Assembly: GCA_030704615.1 (NCBI GenBank) | Contig: CM060733.1 | Location: 868,001-932,000, forward strand | Length of the DNA: 64,000 nt | DNA from: Takakia lepidozioides | Taxonomy: Eukaryota > Plantae > Bryophyta | Reading direction: 5' to 3' | Shown here: positions 49,601 to 64,000 of the stretch, in pieces | Layout: every line of letters begins with the position of its first letter | Numbering within the stretch: the stretch's first letter is position 1 | Program-made: the position numbers and the translations under genes | The notes under the pieces: model-generated | Told to the model about the DNA's origin: nothing | Seen by the model: only the letters and a program-made list of their open reading frames with translations | Databases searched by the model: none

Positions 49601-50219
49601 AGTATGCAAGAGGGGTCCATTCTGTTTTTATATCAGAATTTCACCATATAATAAAGAATTTAAATCATTTAATCTATTTTTATTTTATATAACATTATTA
49701 AATTAAACAATAATACCATTTAATAAAAAATCCAAGCTGCTATCCCCTGTTTTCAAAAATAAAATATAAATTTAAGAATTTAAAATTACAAATATAACTA
49801 TTAAATTATTTTCAGAGACATTCTTGATGACACGTGGCATAAACCCTGCCATATATGCTAGTCATATATTATGTCTAAGTGCCACATGTCACATCTGAAG
49901 TGCAACAGGTGTCGTGACGTGTCGCTTGCGCAGTGGTGCACGTGTTCATCTAAAGCCTCTCCATGTAGGCAACGCTCATCAGACAATGTAGTCATATAGT
50001 TAGTCGTATGTAAGTCATAGAGTTGTAACTACATCACTCTCTTATGCATGACTCCAGGTGCCACGCACGCAGTCACGGCTATGACTTGCAAAATGCAGTC
50101 CTAAAGACTAGTCGCTATGACAGGGTTTTTTTCACTATAGAGTGATGTAGTCATGAACGCATATATGACTGAAAAAATAGTCATATGTGCAGTCATAAAA
50201 ACGGTCATCTGTTGTAGTG
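46686..50219. mobile_element. Non-autonomous CACTA/EnSpm-type DNA transposon (3.5 kb)
   Basis: TIRs CACTACAAGAGATGAGCGTTTTTAGGAC and (reverse complement) CACTACAACAGATGACCGTTTTTATGAC. Dense ATGACT/AGTCAT subterminal repeats at both ends. Flanked by TA|...|TA. No transposase recognised inside. Confidence 0.88.
47839..49342 (+). repeat. ~230-bp direct repeat pair inside the CACTA element (~47839-48071 and ~49109-49342)
   Basis: GGCATGGATAGCT.AAGGAGCAGGGATAGA...CACATTTCACCCTGTTTTTCCCTCTTATC occurs twice, ~1.27 kb apart. Confidence 0.85.
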
Positions 50220-50494
50220 TATCCAGTGCCATTGTGGTTTTTTTAATGTGAACGGTCTCTCCTCTCCAGATTGGAAATGTTGTATGTACGACGTTGCACA
50301 TGCATTAACATATTGGGCTCCTGGATGTGCAGGATACATGATGGCCTCGAAAACGTATTGTGAGTTGCGACGCCTGTGCACCCTTTTTCATGCATGATAT
50401 GGTATACCTTCCATCCACAGTTTGCAAGTGGCCCGCATGTGCATAATTATGTGGGCAGATTCTCATAGCAATGAGGTATGTGCCTTTTTTGCAG

Positions 50495-51687
50495 GCGGGC
50501 CAGTGGTGCAGTGGTGGCAAAAACCATGACATATTGTTTTTGAAGGGCTCTCGGGTTTCGCAACTAGTTCCTCTTAGACTAGAAGATGCAGAGGACTTGC
50601 TCTCTGCAAAGGGGTGGATCAGTGACCGTCTGATGGACTTCTGGGTGTCAGTTAAAATACTTTCTCTTCCTGAACTTGTGTGCAATAAAATCCGTGTTGT
50701 AGATAGCTTCACATGGATATGCCTTCGCGATCATTGTGCAAAGCAGGCAAATCAAGTCGACTCTGTGCGGACTTGGATGCAAAGACGGTTCCCCTTCTTC
50801 AGGAGTGAGGGTGTTGAAGCCCTTATTGTGCCAATTTTATGCAAGTGAGTACAATGTGTATGCATTTCTAGCTTCTTGTTGCCGTACCTTGGAATTAGAA
50901 GGCCGTGCTCCATTGCCACATGTGGACTAACCTGTTGTTGTTGCCCTGTTGTGCAGTGACCATTGGAGTTTGGTTATTTTGGAACCGTCTCGCTACCTTC
51001 ACTTCAATAGCATAAGACGGTGGCACAAGCATCGTGCTTTCAAGCCATTGTTTGTTACTTTCTGGGCCATGGTAAGAGGAATCAGCCCAGAAAGCCCACA
51101 GTGGAAGGATGCGACTGACCTCAAGCGGTGGTTGTGCCCGCCTGTTCCACAGTAGGCCAACACATGGCAGTGTGGTCTGTTTGTAGCTCATGACATTGAG
51201 CTGTACTTGGAGCAAACGTAGTTGAATCCACAACCTGGTGCCGCAGGCCCGGTAAGAGGCAGCTGTTGGTGGTTTACATGATCATTTGCTTCTTGTTTTA
51301 GTTGTGGACGTTCATGTGCTCGCGCAATGTACTGAATCCATGTATCAGGTAGAATGAACATGAATATCTTTCCGAAAATTGTATGAATTTCTAACAATGA
51401 TCATTGCTTGTTCATTCTTTGCTTTTGCATTCTTTGTTCTTCTTTCTTTGCAGCTCACATCAGACTGGTTCCCTGCTAAAGCCGTGCGCGAGAAAAGGTA
51501 TGAACTTCTAGACATTATTTTGCACGAGCTTGACGGTCACCCATCGCACGAGCCTCCATATGCAGTGCCCAAACCACCACGGAAAGTTGGAGATTGCAGC
51601 AGCCCTGTCCTCCCTGTGGCCACCACTCCAGCTCCCCTAACACGCAGACGGTGTAAACGTCCCAGGAAAGTCGGTAAAGCATTGTGA
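50495..51687 (+). pseudogene. Ulp1-family (C48) SUMO protease pseudogene with introns
   Basis: Exons ~50495-50844, 50957-51251 and 51454-51687 with GT-AG borders. Reads KGWISDRLMDFW..VVDSF..LIVPILCNDHWSLVIL..HFNS..PVPQ*ANTWQCGLFV. Catalytic His and Cys are present, the Asp reads Asn, and the oxyanion Gln codon is TAG. Confidence 0.8.
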
Positions 51688-52308
51688 CATTGGATACAAT
51701 TGCTTACAAAAAGTATTATTTATTAATTGTCTACCTTCCTGCTATAAATTTTGTGGTCCTTTGCTTCCCACAACTGTGTGTTATTCTTCTTACAGGTAGC
51801 TCATTTCCGACCGTCAGTGCACGTTCTCTGCTTTGTTTTGCAAGTTTGCTTCAGTCCCTCTTTCCTACCCCCAGTCAACTCTTCTCTACATTGGGGTCAT
51901 GCTATTTCGGGATGTCTCTTCCTTCTCTCTAATGTTTTCGATTCAAGGGCATGCTGTTCCACATGATGGCAGCCAATGGGATCCCCTCTGCCCCCACAAT
52001 GTTAACACACTCACTTCACAATGCCAAAGTGTTCCGTTTCCTTGCTTACATGTATTGTGCAGTGACATAATGCCCAATACTTTGGACTAGGACTGTTTCA
52101 ACAAGTATATGTTCAGAAGCACTGGTAACTGGGGTATTTCAATGTAGCTCCCTACCTGCAACACATGCCTACATTGCATATACAAGCAAGCCAGGAACTG
52201 CATGTAAAGGAAATTGCTAACACATGCACATACCATTCCATGCAAAAATCGTAAATGGGCATAATGCACACCCAAGTATAATCAGTCTTCCTCGCAATCA
52301 CATGAATG

Positions 52309-52746
52309 TTATTGTGCTGGTGCCAGTGTGGCAATTGGTCTCTGAGCAATGATATTAAATATAACTCGTGCCAAGCACCTGTGCTCTACACACCAGGAGG
52401 TCCAGTGTGTTGCACAATGGTGAATCAACGAAGTGTAGGGTTCTCTACGCATGCCGTTCGGATTTCCATAGTGATACATACACAGAGGGCACCTGATATC
52501 AGGCTCAAAAATAAACTCCACATCGGCATGATGGGTATCTAAAATGTGCACCAACCGTGATTGCACCAACATACGAAATTCGCGACGTTGTGGTCCATAC
52601 ATTTCCATGTCTATGGCACAATTTTTGAACACATGGTCCTCTCCATCCCCCATCTCTCTTTGCCGTTGTCTTTCGTTCAAACACATGAAAGGATTGAATA
52701 TGGTGATGTTTCCCCTAGTCGTATACCTGCTCTCCTCCATCTTCAC
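52309..52746 (-). CDS. Small ORF with a C-terminal CPxC...H...H zinc finger resembling zf-XS
   Basis: RCPLCMYHYGNPNGMRREPYTSLIHHCATHWTSWCVEHRCLARVI parallels the zf-XS pattern (CPxC...L.QHA...H..LA). Intronless, with ATG at 52740. Confidence 0.45.
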   Translation of the reverse strand: MKMEESRYTTRGNITIFNPFMCLNERQRQREMGDGEDHVFKNCAIDMEMYGPQRREFRMLVQSRLVHILDTHHADVEFIFEPDIRCPLCMYHYGNPNGMRREPYTSLIHHCATHWTSWCVEHRCLARVIFNIIAQRPIATLAPAQ

Positions 52747-53234
52747 CGAAGCTTGTGCACTTCTCTACAACAATGGTGCTCGTCAACAAAAAAAAAAAAA
52801 AACTGTTCAAATGTCCTTTCATACTTCGGCCCCAATTTGAATTTATCCCTATCTCCCAAGGAATATACACTTCTTCTACTTCATCCACTTATGTGTTCTG
52901 ATTCCAGGGTGCACAAATGCAAGCCTGCTTTGCCAACATCATGTGAGCTGCAAAATCATTCCTTTTGAATTTACATACTTGTATGTAGAAGGGAAGTGAC
53001 ACATAAGAAACGTCCCTTCCCTTCTGGTAATTGCTTTAGGCCAAGTGAATGTAATTAGAAAGGTATCATCCCAGGTAAGCAAGATTACGAAAGCAAAGAA
53101 TATTATGCATAAATGCCTATTGGTTTCATATGCATTTAATTAAATCTTAGGAAGTTCTGTGTGAACATATGGATGACTCTGGGTTGAAGGGTGCCTTTAC
53201 CAACTGTCCCGTACCCAAAGAATTGAATTTCGCT

Positions 53235-54230
53235 TCACCCACAGCCCTCTTGAAGCTGGGGGACAAACACATGCAATGGGGGCACACCGGACTTGCTTCT
53301 GCAGCATTTGTTCAGATCTTCAGCATGGAACATGCACATTTGCATGCAGCTGATTATGCACTTCTGGTGCAAACGAGGCAATACTGAACGACCAAGCAGT
53401 TCCTCTAGTTCAGCAATACTTATGAACTGCCCCACAAAATCCAGCCTCAGTTTTTGAAGAGCAAATACATGTACTCAATTGGATCCCCACCTTAAGCCGC
53501 TGACCGTGTCTTCTATGAAGCATTGTCAATTACTTCTCAGATTTCAGCGTGGACAATCTTGCCCCATCTACAAGCAAAGTTGAGAGGGCTGGACTGACTC
53601 TAAGAGCACCCAAGTCCTGCACCAGCTCATCCATGGCAAAAGACTTATCATCGATGTCGGTTTTGTCGATCAAAAAAGCAGTAGTGGGGTGAGCCCCAAC
53701 GACCAACTAACACTATGCTCTCCTCTCTCAACCCTATACTGCTTCTTTAGTCGCACTGTAAAGCTACCCTTCACCAACACGTTAGTTTTTATACCAGCGA
53801 GGGTTTTCTTCAGGTCCACAATGGGGACCTTGGATAGGACCCCGTTCTCGTCTGCCTCCACAATGCTGAAGATCTTCTGAGGACTCCGCAGGTTCACCTC
53901 CAACCACAAGTACTCCCCAGAAATCCGAGCCTTCGTGGTTGTGTCCACACGAAATCCTTTCGCGTGTGCAGCTCATGTAATCACATTCCAAATACACAAA
54001 ATAACCCCCATAGTAACATATTGCATAGTATATGACTTTGGGGCATTTTCCTTGTACAACAACACTACTCCTTCCAGACACACTGATTTCTCCATGCTGA
54101 AACCAAACAAAATGTTTGCAACGACAGTGCGTGTCCCTGCCAATCGCGGCTGCAGCACATCCGAAATATCGCGGGGATCTTCAATGGCAACTTCAATAAG
54201 ACTGCCATTCGTACCTGAATAGTATGCCAT
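53235..54230 (-). pseudogene. Decayed ORF of unknown family
   Basis: ATG at 54230. ORFs 53973-54230 and 53670-53948 share a frame across a single TGA; further fragments lie downstream. Confidence 0.4.
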
Positions 54231-54894
54231 GACCTAAGTTCGTAATAAAAAGCAGCCCAAAGGAAGTTGGAAACCCCGGTACTAAAAACAAATGCCCTGA
54301 AATGTGCCTGCCTTTGCCCAAACGTAAGTGCGAGTGTGCTTTTTTAGTTGCGACGGGGGGCGCATGGAGCTCGATTCAGGTAAACTTGAATGGTTTCATG
54401 TTGTGAACGCGAGATATCCAAACCTGACGGAACTTCCTGCTGAAAAGCGGAATGTTTGGAGGTGGAGTGTGGTGGCGAGCAGCCTGAAGAATGACCATCA
54501 ACCTATCAGATTCATCCTCAGAATGTGTGAACCTATCGGGGGGCAGCTCAGAGATCTCACCTGCTGCAACAATTTGGTACAGAGGGGACCAACCCCAGAT
54601 TCCTGTTTCTCATCATACTGTTCTCTACTCCATTTTTTTATGTTGTCGTCAACGAACTGCCTTCTACGAGCCTCCAACTCAGACTGAGCTGCAACTCATT
54701 TCATTTTGAAATCCAGCAATGCCATGGCATACTTGTGATGTGCCATCACCAGTTGGCATTCCGCCTACTGAGCGGGATGGTCACGAGTTACTCCAGGACG
54801 TATGGCAAATAGCTCCACCACATTTTCCACAACTGTCTTCTCCTCTGGAGGTGCATCAAACTGCTCCCCCGCCATTGCAGAGACATGGAACTGG

Positions 54895-55982
54895 TCAGTA
54901 ATAGAGGAAGACTAACCAAAAACCCTCAACTTGAAAGGCAACTGCAAACAAAATGCAAAGACACGCATCATCAATGAAGGAGTTGTGACCATGAAGGTGC
55001 AGGCCAAGAAGAAGGTGTGTTACCCGTCGTTTAAGCCACCATTGACCAAAAGCGTTGCCCATCATTTGGTCCCTGAACTCAAATTTCCCAATAAGAGCCA
55101 CAAGACGGTTGAGAAAAGAAGGCTCGTCCAGAGATGGAAATCCGTCGGGCAACAAGTCGAACTTCATCAGATAGGTCAGTCCTGGGCATGAAATAGGTGC
55201 GGGTATTGGAGGCACAATAATATCCGAGGTCAGTAGCAATGACACCTTGACAAAGCCTTCCCTGGCCTCTTCTCTACTTAGCGGTGCATGGGGTGTGGAC
55301 TTCATAATGTGCACTTGAGGTCTGCCCTCTTGTCCACGGCAGGAGGTCCTACAAACGTAGACTTCACAATGCGCTCAGATGGAAGACTTTCCTGTGATGG
55401 CGGAGGTGCGTCCAATGAGTCCTTTCGAATGCGCTGAGGTCTAACAGTTTGCTGTGGCAGCGCAGGAGGTGCGTCCAACAACTGGAAATCGTCATCGTCG
55501 TCGTCAGGGTCCACTCCCGGCTCCTTCCGAAGACTTAAGTTCTCGTATAGTCTCTTCTACCGTCGTCTCCTCACGTTCTACCCTCGTCTTCATCAACTTG
55601 CAGGAAGGAGGCTTCATCCCGTGCTTACTAAGAACAGCCTCCATGATGTGCTCTGCCCCTTTTAAAAAACAGGGTACATTTTCAGTTTAGGCCTACCCTT
55701 TCCCACAACAGCATCACAGCCATTTATCCTGTGAATGTTAAGTTTCTTCTTATCTTTATATTGCTTAAGACAGTGGATACACTTGAATGGCTTCCTATCA
55801 TCATCACCGGGCTGCTCAACCCTTGCCTCTGAGTGAGCCTCGCATATGAGATTTTCCCACTCATCAGAGTCGTACGTTTCATTGTACGTCCGACGCGCTT
55901 CGCGCATGGAGGATTGTTTCACAATATCGGCGCCCACTCCAAATCCACTACCCTCCTCCTGAAGAATCCTCCAGCAGAGCAA
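54895..55982 (-). pseudogene. Decayed ORF with a C2H2/C2HC-like zinc finger and an acidic tract
   Basis: KPFKCIHCLKQYKDKKKLNIHRINGC, then DPDDDDDDF, then a globular-looking segment (54895-55314). Broken by frameshifts. Confidence 0.45.
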
Positions 55983-56366
55983 AGGTTGCTGGAATGTGAA
56001 AGCAAGAATTCACACTAAAACATGAAGCACGCAAATGGACTGCAACAGACAGAAATGGCAAGCAAGAGGAAGAAAATAGCTGCAAATCACACGAATGACT
56101 TCCAAATTCTCCAAAAAGAAACCCTATACTGAAGTCGAATGAGTAATCGCTTCACCGCAGTTTACAACAATCACGATGCATATTGTGTAAGGAAGTGCTT
56201 GTAACACCGCTTCCGCCGGAATCATACATTTTGGGCCATGCAAACGCCAGGAAGCTTGGAAAACAAAACCTGTGGTCGTGGCCTTTGCCTGGTGAGTGAC
56301 AACAATAGATGCGGGGGCTGAAGCACCCTTAAGTGCCCAAGACACTCAGGGAGGCGGAGGCGCTCA

Positions 56367-57514
56367 CTAGGTGGAGCCCCGCACACCGGGTTGCGGTGGG
56401 GGTGGTTCCACGAGGGGTGGTGGTAGCTTAGTAGGACTTAGTGGGGGTGACATATGACTCACCATGGGGGCGGAGACCTTGTGGTGGGAGTTGTGGGGAG
56501 TCTTGGGACTCATCACGGTCCAATGGGACCGTGGTGAGTGGGCCAAGACTCACCGCGACTCATCACCGGGAGTCGAGGGTTTTCGTGGTGGTTCGCCATA
56601 AAATGGCATGGTTGTTTGTGAAACCCCCGCGGACAATCACAGAAGTATATATAAGGAGTAGTAACCCCGAGAACAGTGCAATCCCGTTGGTGACCAAAAA
56701 CTAGTGAGTAAGCGAGCGAGCCGGAAAGTGACCAAGAAGTGGGGAGCTATTCCGGACTGCCATCTACCAAAAGGAATTTCCACTAGGCCCAAATTGGTGG
56801 AGGGTCTGTTGGGGGAGTAAATGGGGACCGTTATGTCCCGGTGAGCAACCGAAGCTCCGAGTTGGCCCGACGGCCAGGTTGGGAGTTAGGCGCGCGCATC
56901 AAGGCGAGTTACTATGACTTGAAGGGGAGCTTGCCGAAGTGAGGTGCGCGACATCCTATGGCTGCCATGAATTACATCAATCAAGCATCAACGTGGGGAG
57001 TGACAGCTGAGGGGCCGCATTCGAATCAACAGGTCCACCATGTGCGTGCAAACTGGACGTGAAAAGCACGAAAGCATGATCATCGCGATCTCCCTACGGC
57101 CATATATAAGTATGTGTCACATCCTGTCATGTCAAGCCGTCCATCATCATGGATGATTGCAGCACATGGATCATGTTACATCCCATCCATCCGATTCATG
57201 TGCTAATGTTGTGCGCGATGTTGGGTTGTGGTGACAGGTGTGGCACATGTGCCACGAGTTCATGTGGGTGGTGACGGCCGGTAGGCGGGGGGTGGGCGGG
57301 GCGGGGTGGCGCGGGGGGTTAGGGCACGCCGCAACCGTGAGCCGCGCAGGAGCTGGCGAAGCGGGTGCGGCTGGGGTGGCAGGGGGGTGCCACGCAGGCA
57401 GGACCGAAGGGGTCGCATTACACTCAAGGTCTTTTCTAATGTGCACCGTGTCCATGTCGTCAGTAGGGATGAGGTTGTAAGGTTCATCCAATTGGATGGA
57501 TAGGGGTAGGAAGA
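56367..57514 (-). mobile_element. Non-autonomous Helitron (~1.15 kb)
   Basis: On the - strand it begins A|TCTTCCTACC (57514) and ends CCGCA-ACCCGGTG-TGCGG (hairpin) GGCTCCAC-CTAG|T (56367). This gives an A/T insertion site with TC...CTAG ends and no TSD. Internal GACTCA(T)CAC repeats and a GC-rich tract. The 5' boundary is less certain than the 3'. Confidence 0.7.
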
Positions 57515-58075
57515 TATAGCTAGTTTAATCAAGATATGTAGTTTGTACTGTGTTTTTACAAAAGTGAAAAAAGTTAGCTGGTCATTTAAGGGTTATCTTA
57601 GCTTCTGGCCCTTTGCTAGTTCCCACTCGCCCTTTCTGTCCTAGTGTTTGCCTTCATGGATGCTTTGTGGTTTATTTTTCCTTGTGATATATATATTCTC
57701 CTTGGTTTTGGATCTTTGACCCTTTTTCAAAAAAACCTCTAGGCTTTGTAAGTTTGCGGGTCAAGTTTGATGGGCAAAGTAGCTTTACTTGAGAATTGGC
57801 ATGTATGTAAACAGAGGGTACCTCTATTTCAACTTTCTTCACTCCAATGCAAATAAAGTATTACATCATATATTTGTCAACTCCGGGTTAACCCTTGAAG
57901 GCCTGCATGGATCTTCACCCTTGAAGTCTGTAGTCTGCACCTCTGACCACCCTACTTATATCTTGAGTGGGTCCCAGTTGACACAGGTTCCTTATCCTTA
58001 CATCATTCATATGTGAATAATATGTATTCATGTAATATGTACTCATCCTAGGGAAGTGAAGTCGATGGAGGAATT

Positions 58076-63329
<5,254 letters not shown>

Positions 63330-64000
63330 GCTGCACTTGCAAGTCATCTGTTCGATCACCTCTATTGCGTTCGTTCACATACTCCCTGATCACTGTCTCT
63401 CATCTCTCACACACACACTCTACGCAGGCGCCCACAAGGCACAATGTCTCCTCCTTCCACACGTCTGTCTTATCTATGAATCTCACCTGTGTATAGCCAT
63501 TGTCTTATTAAAGCGCCTGACTGTGTGGAGAGTGTGTCAGACTCTCAGGACACTGTGAACTGGCAGTTTGACGGGTAAAGTGCAAAGTGTCGAGCTGCGA
63601 GGACAGACCCACCTGCTCACAATGCACAGTAAACATCAAGGCCCATCACTGTGCGGATGACTGCCCACCAGTACACCAACACGGGGCAGCTTCAATTGCG
63701 CCCACTCCGTTGTATGTACGTCCATCACAACCTCGGAGCCCCCTCCTGTGGAGGAGGTGGACGGTGCCAGGATATTAAGGCACCACATTGGGGATTCATA
63801 GATCCCATAGAGCTTGCCAGTTTTAACGTACATATGTCGCAATAAGGGTTGGTAGCACGTGAGTAGCGTGTGAGCATAATAGATGCCGTTGGCCCAAGTG
63901 TCAAGTGTCATCTAAGCCCAAGTGCAATCTCCTATGTATGCAAGTGCGTCTCCTATGTCTAGGCCCAAGTGCGACCTCTAGGGTAGCCTCTGCGTTGGCC

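Overview
This is eukaryotic, land-plant-type nuclear DNA: it has spliceosomal GT-AG introns, plant-type ADH intron positions and an F-box/kelch pseudogene. The TE content suggests a non-seed plant, but that is inference. Host genes I can support are an intact 10-exon Zn-dependent alcohol dehydrogenase (58076-63329, -), a Pro-rich protein (16158-17450, +), a small His/Pro/Cys-rich protein (14547-14828, -) and an F-box pseudogene. Much of the rest is mobile DNA. (1) A 9.0-kb Ty3/Gypsy retrotransposon (33862-42903, TSD CCCCA/CCCGA) whose decayed polyprotein reads Gag - protease - DNMT3-like C5 cytosine methyltransferase - RT - RNase H - integrase - PHD finger. Its ends are not two ordinary LTRs but split direct repeats (A-internal-B-A-B), with a palindromic att-like B|A junction and no visible tRNA PBS. 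(2) A 4.9-kb APE-RT LINE whose 5' end is a tRNA-Ala(CGC) copy, both enclosed by one 12-bp TSD. (3) A tandem array built from the 3' end of that LINE family. (4) A non-autonomous CACTA-type element with a 2-bp TSD, a short Helitron, an L1-ORF1-like relic, a ~400-bp hairpin, and a cluster of decayed TE-type ORFs (Ulp1 SUMO protease, zf-XS-like, C2H2-like). The best candidate for an undescribed system is the methyltransferase- and PHD-encoding Gypsy element with split termini. All calls come from manual reading; no database searches were run.
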